From positions 1-61,388 of IMG/VR virus record IMGVR_UViG_3300031228_000006: a stretch of 61,388 nt of DNA. One strand, written 5' to 3'. The DNA comes from a virus (Duplodnaviria > Caudoviricetes). The position numbers were made by a program, and so were the translations under genes. The notes beneath the pieces were generated by a model, which saw only the letters and a list, made by a program, of their open reading frames with translations, did no database searches and was not told where the DNA came from. Position 1 is the first letter of the stretch. Each line of letters begins with the position of its first letter. Positions 7,371-16,241 of the stretch are shown here, piece after piece.

Positions 7371-7810
7371 CGATCGACCAACTCCCCCTCCTCTTCGACT
7401 GGGACGACTTCGAGGAGGCCGTCCGGACCGGACGCTTCAGCACCATCCGGGACGCGAAGATCTTCGTCGCCAAGGTGCTCGGTCTGGATGCCAAGATCAA
7501 CCACGACGTCTGGCGACAGATCAAGGGCGGCATGTTCCCCGAGGAGCGCAAGATGCTCACCGGCCTGCCGCCCTACGACTTCGGCAAGTACGAGGCCGAG
7601 CGGATGAGGCGACTGGCCGAGTTCGGCCAGGACCCGCCGCCGCGCCCCGACCCCACGTCGAAGTGCTCCCACTGCGACACCCCCCTGAACGACGAGAACA
7701 TCGCCCTGCGGATCCGCAAGCCGTACGCCATCTGGCAGTGCCTCAACTGCGAGCGGATCCGCAGCCGGAACCGCCGAGCCGCCAATCGCAACCAGAAAGC
7801 GAGCACATGA
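7367..7810 (+). CDS. Zn-finger hypothetical protein
   Basis: CSHC...CLNC followed by a basic tail. Confidence 0.7.
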   Translation: MTIDQLPLLFDWDDFEEAVRTGRFSTIRDAKIFVAKVLGLDAKINHDVWRQIKGGMFPEERKMLTGLPPYDFGKYEAERMRRLAEFGQDPPPRPDPTSKCSHCDTPLNDENIALRIRKPYAIWQCLNCERIRSRNRRAANRNQKAST

Positions 7811-8193
7811 TCAACTCCCACACGCGAGACCAGCGCGTCATCCTGGCCGGAACCACCGTCGTCGAGTTGACGGCAGAGCACCGCATGACCCTCCTTCTGA
7901 CCGGCAACCGGCGCAAGTTGGTCGAGCGCGTCGAGGCGCGCTGGCAGCGCACTCTGGATCAGATCCTGGATCGCCCGAGCATGTACCTCTCGAACATGAC
8001 GTGGAGCGGCCGGAACGTCCTGAAAGACTCCAGCATCGGTGCCGAGTGGTCCGAGTCCTACCCTCGCCCGGCGCACGGTCACTCCCAGACCATCGTCCAC
8101 CTGCGCACCATCGAGGACATCCTCGCGATCCAGGTCCAGAAGGACCAGCAGGCGGCCGTCCAGGCGCTGAAGGCCCGGATGGGGACGCTGTGA
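7807..8193 (+). CDS. hypothetical protein
   Basis: ATGA overlap. Confidence 0.75.
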   Translation: MINSHTRDQRVILAGTTVVELTAEHRMTLLLTGNRRKLVERVEARWQRTLDQILDRPSMYLSNMTWSGRNVLKDSSIGAEWSESYPRPAHGHSQTIVHLRTIEDILAIQVQKDQQAAVQALKARMGTL

Positions 8194-8441
8194 CGCAGGT
8201 CGCACACATCGACGAGCGCGACGCGCACCACGGGGGCGTCGAGAGCCTGACCATCGTCATCACGGTCGAGCCGACCAAGCACCGCAAGTACGACCGCGAC
8301 GCCGGGGACCTGCGCTTCCAGAAGAAGGACCCCGCGATCGACTTCGCGACCGACATGACGATCAAGACCGGACAGCGCTACATCGTCCGGCCCGACAAGA
8401 CCCGCTGGCTCGTTCAGCGAGTGATACCCACGGGGGCATAG
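8190..8441 (+). CDS. hypothetical protein
   Basis: GTGA overlap. Confidence 0.65.
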   Translation: MTQVAHIDERDAHHGGVESLTIVITVEPTKHRKYDRDAGDLRFQKKDPAIDFATDMTIKTGQRYIVRPDKTRWLVQRVIPTGA

Positions 8442-8561
8442 AGCCTCACTTTCATACCCCATATTGGGTACGGTTTTGCTCTCGGGGCAAAACATAGTTA
8501 TGGATAGTGAGAGACTCTTACTAAAGAACCCCCTTCCATCCCCCGAAGGAAGTGATCGATC
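8442..8561 (+). promoter_or_regulatory. AT-rich intergenic region, probable promoter
   Basis: AT-rich gap with inverted repeat GTTTTGCTCTCGGGGCAAAAC. Confidence 0.4.
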
Positions 8562-8798
8562 ATGACCCTGATCGACATCCACGCCGAGCATCACCAGTTC
8601 GATGTCCCCGACGACGCCCGTGGCTTCCGCCGGGGGACCTACTACATCCGGTGCCGGACCGGGAAGGTCGCCATCGAGACCGCCTTCACCGCGTCGGTCC
8701 GCACCCGGAAGCGCTTCCGGGCCTTCCGCGTCGAGCCCTACCTGGGTTCGTGGGCGTGGGCCGTCGAGGAGACCGGTCCCAGAAAGCCCCGCAAGTGA
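8562..8798 (+). CDS. hypothetical protein
   Basis: GAAGGAAG RBS, 78 aa. Confidence 0.7.
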   Translation: MTLIDIHAEHHQFDVPDDARGFRRGTYYIRCRTGKVAIETAFTASVRTRKRFRAFRVEPYLGSWAWAVEETGPRKPRK

Positions 8799-9418
8799 GA
8801 CGCTCGTGCTCCCTGTGCGGCCAGGAGGTCCGCTGGGGCTGGCGCAACGAGGGCCAGGGCCTGCGACAAGGCTGGTGGCATCGCGACCACGCCACCCACC
8901 CAGCCATCTTCGGCCAGCAGGCTGACCTGAAGACCGTTTACACGCCAGTCCTCCAGCGCCGCCGGGAGAAGAACCCCGACTGGGCCGGATGGACCGACGT
9001 GGACGAGGACGGCGCCAAGATCGAGCCTGAGGCTATCGAGCCCGAGGATGAGCCGATCGAGGACGCCATCCCCGCCCCCGAGGTGCGAGCCACCGGCATC
9101 CACCCCGACGACCCGCGTACGCCGGGCGGCGCCAAGCAGATCTGCAACCTGCTGAAGAAGCACGGCTGGGAACGCCGTCGGCTCTCCTTCGCGCGCGGCC
9201 CTTACCTCGGCGCGAAGAGCGACGTGCTCTCCATCTCCGACCACGTCGTGCTGGTTGCGCGTGTCATCAATAGTGAGGAACGTCGCTACGTCGTATGCTC
9301 ATGGCGAGATGGAAAGTTCGACTCGGCGTGGATCCATTCAAAAGACCTCAACGGCAAGCAGACGATGCTGGACAAGGTGAACGCGAACCAACTCAAGGAA
9401 TGGATCCGAAACGCATGA
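8795..9418 (+). CDS. hypothetical protein
   Basis: GTGA overlap, N-terminal CxxC. Confidence 0.7.
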   Translation: MRRSCSLCGQEVRWGWRNEGQGLRQGWWHRDHATHPAIFGQQADLKTVYTPVLQRRREKNPDWAGWTDVDEDGAKIEPEAIEPEDEPIEDAIPAPEVRATGIHPDDPRTPGGAKQICNLLKKHGWERRRLSFARGPYLGAKSDVLSISDHVVLVARVINSEERRYVVCSWRDGKFDSAWIHSKDLNGKQTMLDKVNANQLKEWIRNA

Positions 9419-9879
9419 CGACGACACCCCTGATCGAGACCTGGAATCAGATCTTCGATGGCAAGTACCGCATCGACGGCGACTGCTTGATCTGGACGAA
9501 ATACTTGAACAACAGGGGCTATGGCGCAGAGACTCGCCAGGGCAGGACATATCTCGCCCATCGCGAGTCCTGGAGGCTCGCGAATCAAGTTGAGATTCCG
9601 GCCGGAATGCAGGTGGATCACTTCACCTGCTTTAACCACGCCTGCATCAACCCGAACCACCTGAAGTTGAAGACACCGTCCGGGAACAACTTCAACCGAA
9701 AAGGTGCCAACCCGAACAATCGCACCTCTGGGTTTAGGAACGTCTACCCGCAGAAGGGCTCATCCACCTGGTATTACCGCATCAGACTAAGGGGTGTGGC
9801 CTATATGGGGTCGGGTTTTGCCACCGCAGAAGAGGCCAACCAGGCCGCCACCACTCACCGAGAGCGACTGTCCCGATGA
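9415..9879 (+). CDS. HNH homing endonuclease with AP2-like C-terminal domain
   Basis: CLIW...AHR...VDH.C.NHACINPNHL...N, then SGFRNVY...W...F.TAEEA. Visibly lower GC than neighbours. Confidence 0.85.
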   Translation: MTTTPLIETWNQIFDGKYRIDGDCLIWTKYLNNRGYGAETRQGRTYLAHRESWRLANQVEIPAGMQVDHFTCFNHACINPNHLKLKTPSGNNFNRKGANPNNRTSGFRNVYPQKGSSTWYYRIRLRGVAYMGSGFATAEEANQAATTHRERLSR

Positions 9880-10280
9880 CGGATTACCGCCCGCCTTGCC
9901 AGACGGCGCCAGACGCGGATGCCTGGTTCATCGACATCCACGGCAAGAAGTCGCTGGATGAGGAAGTCAAGGACTTCCCGGGGGTGGACGCCGAGATCCG
10001 GGCCTGGGAGTCGCTGATGAACCAGCCGATCAGCGAGGACATCCGCGAGCGCATCGAGGCACAGGCCCGGCGCCGTCGACTGATCGAGCGTCGGCAGGCC
10101 AAGCAGGAGTGCTACCAGTGCTACTTCCGCCTCCAGTGCCTGGACCTGGCGCTGGCCGATCCCAATCTCCGCTCCGGAACGTGGGGCGGCTACCACGAGA
10201 ACGAGATCGCCGAGATTCGGCGCCTCATCAAGCGCCGCGTGAGGCGGCAGGAAGCGAGACATTCAGATGCCACGCCGTAA
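9876..10280 (+). CDS. WhiB-like Fe-S transcription factor
   Basis: PPC...WF...AKQECYQCYFRLQC...GTWGG motif with an insertion between Cys1 and CxxC. Confidence 0.8.
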   Translation: MTDYRPPCQTAPDADAWFIDIHGKKSLDEEVKDFPGVDAEIRAWESLMNQPISEDIRERIEAQARRRRLIERRQAKQECYQCYFRLQCLDLALADPNLRSGTWGGYHENEIAEIRRLIKRRVRRQEARHSDATP

Positions 10281-10677
10281 CGATCGAGTCGGCAAGAAGA
10301 ACACCCGGGGCCGCTACGCCCTCCCCCGCGAGGTCTACAAGGCCGGGGTCGCCATGCCGAGCATCGCGCTCAAGGTCGAGACCCTGGTCATTCCGGACGG
10401 CCGCTGCCTGGGCCGCCGTACGAAGGTGGGGTACGCCACCGAGGGCAAGGCCAAGCAGGCCCTCCTGCAGGTCCGCCGGTCCCGCAAGTTGATCAATCCG
10501 GCCGCCGTCGAGAAGCGGGTCTACGAGTGCCCGATCACGGTGAGGGTCGAGGACGAGCACGGAGATGAGATCATCGAGGAGTGCGGTCTGTGGCACCTGT
10601 CCAGCCGCGAGGAGTTCGACGCCGAGCAGGCCAACCGGCTCTACGAGCAGCGTCAGCAGATGAAGGAAGAGGTCTGA
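10267..10677 (+). CDS. hypothetical protein
   Basis: Phage-type motif RVYECP...CGLWHLSS. Confidence 0.75.
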   Translation: MPRRNDRVGKKNTRGRYALPREVYKAGVAMPSIALKVETLVIPDGRCLGRRTKVGYATEGKAKQALLQVRRSRKLINPAAVEKRVYECPITVRVEDEHGDEIIEECGLWHLSSREEFDAEQANRLYEQRQQMKEEV

Positions 10678-10679
10678 CC

Positions 10680-10907
10680 ATGGGCATCCTGTCCACCATC
10701 TACTTCGGCAACGAGATCACCCGGCAGCAGCGCGAGGCCAAGCAGGCCCGTCGGCGTCGCCGGGAGCCCAAGATCGTCGGGATCCCGGTCCCCGTGGTCG
10801 AGGCCGAGCCCGCCCGGCTCACCTGGGCAATCGCAGTCATCCTGGAGCAGGGCGAGGAGATCCGAGACCTGCGCCGCCGCATCGAGACCCTGGAAGGCGG
10901 CCAGTAA
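10680..10907 (+). CDS. hypothetical protein
   Basis: GAGG RBS; begins MGILSTIYF. Confidence 0.7.
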   Translation: MGILSTIYFGNEITRQQREAKQARRRRREPKIVGIPVPVVEAEPARLTWAIAVILEQGEEIRDLRRRIETLEGGQ

Positions 10908-11197
10908 TGAGCCGGTGGAACGGATTCAAGGGCGTCGGCGAGAAGACCGACGGCGGCTGGCTCTACAGGTGCGACGGCATGCCCACCGTGATGGGCTGTG
11001 GCGCGCAGGTCACAATCACCGTGCCCTACGCCCGTGTCGGCAAGAAGTCGACCGGCTGGCTGGTGACGTATGGCCTGGCCGACCCCGAGTCCACGACCAA
11101 CGCCGATAGCAAGGGCAACGACCTGGACGTGGTCCTGGTCTTCTGCCCGAGTTGTGCCAAGGTCGTCGAAGAGCAGGACAAGAGGAGAGGGGGGTGA
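10907..11197 (+). CDS. Zn-ribbon hypothetical protein
   Basis: TAATG coupling; CDG...GC...CPSC. Confidence 0.7.
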   Translation: MSRWNGFKGVGEKTDGGWLYRCDGMPTVMGCGAQVTITVPYARVGKKSTGWLVTYGLADPESTTNADSKGNDLDVVLVFCPSCAKVVEEQDKRRGG

Positions 11198-11342
11198 TCC
11201 GCATGCGACAGGACACGAGTTGGTGACCAAAGGGCGGCCCCCGCCGGTGCTTAACCGACGGGGGCCACGCTCATCACGCCCGATCGCTGACGCTGGATCG
11301 GGCTTCCTCATCCCATCCCCACGAGACACAAGGACAACGACA

Positions 11343-11924
11343 GTGATTCAAGACGGTTACGGCGACATGGTGCCGGACGAGGAGTTCGTCGAGCGCTGGA
11401 TCGGACATGCACACGCCAGCGCTGACCGCGCGGTCCGGCGCAACGACCCCCGCTACGACGACGTGCTCCAGGAAGCCCTGATCGAGATCTGGCGCACCGC
11501 GCAGGCCCACCCCGGCGCCATGGCGTCCTATGTCGCTAAGGCGTCCAAGTATCACGCCATGGACATCGCCATGGGCGCCCGGCCGATGCTGAGCACCGAG
11601 AACACTCCCGGCCCCAAGTACCGCCCCGAGACCGTCGCCGTGGACTGGCAGGCTGACAAGGATGAGTCCGTCATGGACGAGCCCGTCGAGATGTCCGACC
11701 CGCTAGCCGCCGTCGAGTGGGGCTACCACCACGGATTCTTGGCGCAGGTGCTGGACACCCTGAGGCCGGACGACCGGGAGTACGTCGTACGCCGGTTCTG
11801 GCTCGATCAGTCGGTCGACCAGATCTCAGACGAACTCGGGATCCATCGCAACAAACTCGACGCCGCCTGGAAGCGACGGATCAAGCCCCGACTCGCCAAG
11901 GCCCTGGAACTTCTGGCCTCCTAA
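11343..11924 (+). CDS. sigma-70 (ECF-like) region 2/region 4 protein
   Basis: DDVLQEALIEIWR (region 2-like) and LDTLRPDDREYVVRRFWLDQSVDQISDELGI (region 4 HTH-like). Start uncertain (11343 or 11367). Confidence 0.65.
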   Translation: MIQDGYGDMVPDEEFVERWIGHAHASADRAVRRNDPRYDDVLQEALIEIWRTAQAHPGAMASYVAKASKYHAMDIAMGARPMLSTENTPGPKYRPETVAVDWQADKDESVMDEPVEMSDPLAAVEWGYHHGFLAQVLDTLRPDDREYVVRRFWLDQSVDQISDELGIHRNKLDAAWKRRIKPRLAKALELLAS

Positions 11925-11932
11925 CACACCAG

Positions 11933-11959
11933 CGCCCGCCCGGATCATCCGGGCGGGCG
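11933..11959 (+). terminator. GC-rich hairpin after the sigma-like gene
   Basis: CGCCCGCCCGGA-TCA-TCCGGGCGGGCG. Confidence 0.5.
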
Positions 11960-12068
11960 TCGTGGTGAAGGGCTGAGTCGGGCGTTTACACACCCTGCGC
12001 TCAGGTCAGCGAAGAGGCTGTACCTGAGCGTTTGCCCCCTCCCCCTCAGCCGTGGCTGTGTTCGCGTG

Positions 12069-12083
12069 TCTCATCATGTGGAC
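12069..12083 (+). promoter_or_regulatory. TCTCA-N5-TGGAC operator-like site
   Basis: TCTCAtcatgTGGAC. Confidence 0.6.
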
Positions 12084-12184
12084 CTCCTGGAGGGAAGGGG
12101 ATGTGTCCCTGCCAGGATAAGGCATCTCAACTACCCAGACGCCCTGCTGGACGGTTTACCACTAGCCCCAGTAGGTTCTGCATT

Positions 12185-12265
12185 ATGAACAGACAGATTC
12201 CAATCGGGGCCCTGGTCCTGTTTCTCCTCGCAGTGGTCATCACCCTCTGCGTCATCTACCACTAG
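12185..12265 (+). CDS. small membrane peptide (leaderless?)
   Basis: TAGGTT -10-like hexamer 7 nt upstream of ATG; hydrophobic, 26 aa. Confidence 0.45.
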   Translation: MNRQIPIGALVLFLLAVVITLCVIYH

Positions 12266-12280
12266 CCCTAGGAGGCAAAC

Positions 12281-12667
12281 ATGTCGAAGGCATCAGACCT
12301 TCTCGCCGAGCACGATGTGATTCAAGGCCAGGAATACAGCATCCTCGGATCCTCGGTCCGCTGCCAGACCTGCGGTCCCGGCAGGGTCTTCATGGGGTCC
12401 GAGCGGATCGACGCTATCCGGCGCCACGACCTGGAGGTCCTTCAGGGGGCCGGACTCCTGGCCGACGAGAACGAGATCACCTACTCGGCCAGCGGTCAGT
12501 TTGAGGTCAGCCTGGGCCTGACTCAGACCCAGGACTCCCGCGATCCGATCACCGCCGACCTGCGGGTCGAGCAGGACGGGAACATGCTGGTCGCCTTCGA
12601 TCTCAGCGAGCACGACTTCATGCGGCTCCTGCGCGGCGGCGTCGTACGCACCAAGGCGGCGCTCTGA
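12281..12667 (+). CDS. hypothetical protein
   Basis: AGGAGG RBS. Confidence 0.8.
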   Translation: MSKASDLLAEHDVIQGQEYSILGSSVRCQTCGPGRVFMGSERIDAIRRHDLEVLQGAGLLADENEITYSASGQFEVSLGLTQTQDSRDPITADLRVEQDGNMLVAFDLSEHDFMRLLRGGVVRTKAAL

Positions 12668-12897
12668 TGATCGAGACCCTCATCTACATCGCGCTCTTCA
12701 TCGTCGGATGGATCACGATCGGCGGCTTCGTCGCGATCTGGTTCAACTACCTGATCTTCAAGAAGATGCCCAAGGACGATGAGGTCTTCATCGGCTTCTT
12801 CGCCCTGGTCTGGCCGGTCGTTCTTGTGATGTCGATCGCCATCGTGATCAGCCGCTGGACTGTCCGTGCGGTCTCCTGGGCACAAAAGCGTGGGTGA
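12667..12897 (+). CDS. membrane protein (2 TM)
   Basis: Two hydrophobic helices. Confidence 0.75.
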   Translation: MIETLIYIALFIVGWITIGGFVAIWFNYLIFKKMPKDDEVFIGFFALVWPVVLVMSIAIVISRWTVRAVSWAQKRG

Positions 12898-13117
12898 CAT
12901 CGAGAACGCCGCCAAGGCCCTGAGCCACATGCCTCGGTGGGTTGCGATCCACGAGAACACGCTGGCCAAACTGGACGTGATCGTGGCCATGGCTGGCGCC
13001 GAGGGATACGACGTCGATGACATCCTGAGAGATCTGGATGAGGTTCGCCGCGAGCGCGATCGAGCCATTGGAGTAGATCCTGACGGACCTCCAAAAAAGC
13101 ACGCCCCCCGGCCGTAG
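12890..13117 (+). CDS. hypothetical protein
   Basis: Overlapping GTG start. Confidence 0.6.
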   Translation: MGDIENAAKALSHMPRWVAIHENTLAKLDVIVAMAGAEGYDVDDILRDLDEVRRERDRAIGVDPDGPPKKHAPRP

Positions 13118-13130
13118 CCAGGGGGCGTGC
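13099..13130. terminator. Hairpin between convergent genes
   Basis: GCACGCCCCC...GGGGGCGTGC preceded by AAAAAA, which is a U-tract on the - strand. Confidence 0.6.
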
Positions 13131-13144
13131 TCCATGGGGGAAGA

Positions 13145-13777
13145 CTACGGGGTCTCGTCCACGTAGGTGAACCCGCCGGTGAGCGTGTCGGTACCGCTCG
13201 GGTTGGTCGCGACCACGTTGACCGCACCGGCCGCGTGAGCGCCGGTCGTCACGGTGATCTCGTCGTCGTCCACGACATCGAACGCCGTACCGGCCACGCC
13301 ACCGAAGGTCACGCCGGTCACGCGGATCAGGTTCTGACCCTTGATGGTGACCACGGTGCCACCGGCGATGTCGCCCTCGGCGGGCTCGACCGTCTCGATG
13401 TTCGGGACATCGGTGTCCACGCCGCCAGCGTCGAAGTCGTAGTCGTGCTCGACGTCGCCCTCGTCCTGGGGCCAGTAGGGATCCTCGCGGTTCTCCGCCA
13501 GGGTCGGGTCGTTCGCGGGCAGGGCGCCGGTAGCGAGCCCGGCGTCGCCGGTCAGGTCGACCAGTCCGGAGCCCTTCAGGGTGCCGGTGTAGTCGGTCTG
13601 GTTGTCGTTGCCGACCTCGGGCGTGTACGAAGCGTTGACAGCCTTGTCGGCGCCCGGCGTGGCGAGGTTGGCCGAGTTCTTCGCGTACCCGTTCGCGATC
13701 AGCCATTCCTCCTCGGGTCCGGTGTAGGTCCCACCCGGCTGGACGCCGTAGACCTCGGAAGTGACGGTTACCGCCAT
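13145..13777 (-). CDS. IPT/TIG (Ig-like) domain protein, probably virion-associated
   Basis: P.IETVEPAEG..AGGTVVTIKG.NL...V.FGG...VDDDEITVTT...AGAVNV IPT signature; AGGAGG RBS. Confidence 0.8.
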   Translation of the reverse strand: MAVTVTSEVYGVQPGGTYTGPEEEWLIANGYAKNSANLATPGADKAVNASYTPEVGNDNQTDYTGTLKGSGLVDLTGDAGLATGALPANDPTLAENREDPYWPQDEGDVEHDYDFDAGGVDTDVPNIETVEPAEGDIAGGTVVTIKGQNLIRVTGVTFGGVAGTAFDVVDDDEITVTTGAHAAGAVNVVATNPSGTDTLTGGFTYVDETP

Positions 13778-13827
13778 GATGGTTCCTCCTGTTGGATTGA
13801 GTCGACTCGACCTCAGTCTACCGCGAC

Positions 13828-14145
13828 TCAGCGCCGCTCGCCTGGGTGCTGTTCGACCCGCCGCTCACGCTTCGGCTTCCGCCGATTCCGGCCCTGGATC
13901 GCCTGCTGCGCCGTCACCTGCTTGTGGTGGTGTTTGCACAGGGTGCGCAGGGCCCACATGGCGTGGTTGCGGCGGCCGTACATGTGGTCGACTTCGAGTT
14001 CCTCGGTGCGCGGGCACCGCTTCCCCGAGGGGAGGATGAACTTGCACTGGAACTCGTCACGCTCCTTGACCCGCTGAGCGATCTTCCACCAATCCGGCGG
14101 TAGGTCGTCCTTGCGGTCCGAGTCAGCCCACCGGCCCGACACCAT
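13828..14145 (-). CDS. HNH endonuclease (packaging-associated type)
   Basis: LPPDW..I..RV.ERD...C...C....EVDH...NH....L.TLC..HH..VT; resembles terminase-associated HNHs of cos phages. Confidence 0.85.
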   Translation of the reverse strand: MVSGRWADSDRKDDLPPDWWKIAQRVKERDEFQCKFILPSGKRCPRTEELEVDHMYGRRNHAMWALRTLCKHHHKQVTAQQAIQGRNRRKPKRERRVEQHPGERR

Positions 14146-14311
14146 TGGCGTCTTCCTTGTCGAAGTAGGGCAGGCTGGCGGCGATCACCCGGCGCACCAT
14201 CTCGGCCTGAGAGACGCCATACTGAGCCGCGACGCGCCGGATGTCCTCGCGCATCTCAACGTCCGTCAGCACCTGGAGAGGTGTGGCGTTGTACTTCTTC
14301 GGCGGCGGCAT
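14123..14311 (-). CDS. ribbon-helix-helix (CopG/Arc-like) DNA-binding protein
   Basis: PLQVLTDVEMREDIRRVAAQYGVSQAEMVRRVI fits the RHH pattern. Confidence 0.7.
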   Translation of the reverse strand: MPPPKKYNATPLQVLTDVEMREDIRRVAAQYGVSQAEMVRRVIAASLPYFDKEDANGVGPVG

Positions 14312-14314
14312 AGT

Positions 14315-14329
14315 GTCCATCCCTTGAGA
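14315..14329 (-). promoter_or_regulatory. TCTCA-N5-TGGAC operator directly upstream of the RHH start codon
   Basis: + strand GTCCAtccctTGAGA, 3 nt from the ATG at 14311. Confidence 0.65.
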
Positions 14330-14400
14330 CAAGTGGTATGTACCACCCACTATACCTCTGATAGGTTTCGATCATCACTATAGGCTCCCCAGGAGGAGAC

Positions 14401-15264
14401 ATGTCAGCACTACCCACCGTCGAGAAGATCGCCCATGTGATCGCCGCACACCCTTCGGCCGTGCCGAATGCGCGGGTGCTCGCCGAGGAGATCCACGCTC
14501 TCCTGCCCGTCCTCCCGGATGGATACGACATCCAGTTCGGAAGGATCGGCCCCGTCTGCGGCGCCAGCAATCCCCACACGGACCACCCGAACCCCAACGT
14601 TCGAGATGCCACCTGCACCTTCCTTCTCGGGCATCCCCGGATTCCCGACGAGGACGAGGACAGCGACGCTCTCTGGGACCACGGCGGCCACTTCGGCAAC
14701 GGATCCACCGTCTACTGGAACGGCGGCACCGTCCCGATCCACGAAGCCTCCTACAACGCGATCCGCGAGCGCGCCCAGCGCGCCGAAGCGTACGCCGAGG
14801 AGCAGCGACTTCGCGCCGAGCGGGCTGAGGCGGTCATCGAGAGCCAGCCCGAGCCCGTCCGCGACTACTCCGCCCTCCTGCACCGTACGCACGTCGCCGA
14901 GGAGCGCGCCAACGCCCTGGAGCAGGGTGCGGTCATCGATCGCGAGGTCTACGAGACCATGAAGAAGACCGCGAGGCTGATGCAGATCGACCACACCCGA
15001 GACCCGCAGGTCGTCATGGAGGAGATCTTCGAGCAGGCCAGGTCGGCCGTGACCGAAGGGGCCTACGACGACATGCGTCACCGCGCTGAGCGTGCCGAGA
15101 AGGCCGTCAAGGCCGCGCAGATCCTGCTTGCCGCTCAGTCCCAGGCCAAGCAGGCCAACAGGGACTACGAGGAAGCCAGCGCCGCCGCGCTCGACGCCGA
15201 CGACCGGGCCGAGAAGGCCTACGCCACATTCAACGCCCTCGCCAACGGAATCGGAGACAACTGA
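14401..15264 (+). CDS. coiled-coil hypothetical protein
   Basis: AGGAGGAG RBS; repeated RAERAE-like helices. Confidence 0.8.
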   Translation: MSALPTVEKIAHVIAAHPSAVPNARVLAEEIHALLPVLPDGYDIQFGRIGPVCGASNPHTDHPNPNVRDATCTFLLGHPRIPDEDEDSDALWDHGGHFGNGSTVYWNGGTVPIHEASYNAIRERAQRAEAYAEEQRLRAERAEAVIESQPEPVRDYSALLHRTHVAEERANALEQGAVIDREVYETMKKTARLMQIDHTRDPQVVMEEIFEQARSAVTEGAYDDMRHRAERAEKAVKAAQILLAAQSQAKQANRDYEEASAAALDADDRAEKAYATFNALANGIGDN

Positions 15265-15265
15265 C

Positions 15266-15427
15266 ATGGCAATCGAACTTCAGCAGATCCTGGCCCTCCT
15301 CGCCTTCGCCTTGGTCTTGCTCGGGATCAACATCAAGGCCAACGAGACATACGTGATGCTGCCCACTTTCATCGCGATGGTCGCCACCCTTGTCGTCGCG
15401 GGTGTTCTTCTGGTGGGGTGGATCTGA
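15266..15427 (+). CDS. small membrane protein
   Basis: Two hydrophobic segments. Confidence 0.65.
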   Translation: MAIELQQILALLAFALVLLGINIKANETYVMLPTFIAMVATLVVAGVLLVGWI

Positions 15428-15957
15428 TGACCGCCGTCGAGAAGACGAGCGCCTGGATCACCCAGGACGAGAACCGCATCCTGGAGCGCATCCGGGAAGG
15501 CGAGGTGTTCGCCGTCGAGCGCTCCGTCCTGGTCAACCCCGAGCACGACAATCCCGTGTGCATCTGCGGCTTCGACGAGGGCCCCGAGGAGACGTGCCTC
15601 TTCCACGGCCGCTCCAAGTTGGAGTGGATGAACCGCCACGGGGAGGCTCTCGACCGGGCCAATGCACTGGAGATCGACCTGGCGAGCGCCGAGGAGGAGA
15701 ACGAGCGCCTGGCCGCTCACGTCGAGGAGCAGGCCGCCGAGATCGAGAAGTACAAGCGCGACCGAGGTACCCACGAGAACCGGATCACACACCTGGAGTA
15801 CCGACTCGCCGAGGCTGGCAATCAGGCCGAGCACACCGACGCGCTCCGGGTCCGGCTGGCTAAGTCCAACGAGCGCTTCTTCGTCCTGCTGAAGGCACAC
15901 ATCTTCGCCTGGGAGACCATCGCGACACTGGTCGAAGGGAGCGAGGAGGGGCCATGA
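15427..15957 (+). CDS. coiled-coil hypothetical protein
   Basis: TGATG coupling; CIC...CLFH motif. Confidence 0.75.
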   Translation: MTAVEKTSAWITQDENRILERIREGEVFAVERSVLVNPEHDNPVCICGFDEGPEETCLFHGRSKLEWMNRHGEALDRANALEIDLASAEEENERLAAHVEEQAAEIEKYKRDRGTHENRITHLEYRLAEAGNQAEHTDALRVRLAKSNERFFVLLKAHIFAWETIATLVEGSEEGP

Positions 15958-16241
15958 AGGCACGCCTGTTCAACGAGGGCGGCGGCATGGTGACGGGCAC
16001 CCACGACATCAAGGCCGCCCGGCGGCTGATGGTGGCTGAGGTAGCCGACCTGAGCGACCGCTACGACGTCGCCTGGGCCTCTCATCGGTTCAGCGCCCGG
16101 TGCGCCGAACTCGAAACTGGCCGGATCGTTCCGGTCGGTCCGAACAGTGCGTACGCCGACGAGGGGTATTCCTGGTTCTGGCGCCCTGGCTACGAACTCG
16201 GCAAGCCGGGCGTGACGAAGGCGGTGGTCTGGCATGCCTGA
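15954..16241 (+). CDS. hypothetical protein
   Basis: GAGGAGG RBS. Confidence 0.75.
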   Translation: MKARLFNEGGGMVTGTHDIKAARRLMVAEVADLSDRYDVAWASHRFSARCAELETGRIVPVGPNSAYADEGYSWFWRPGYELGKPGVTKAVVWHA

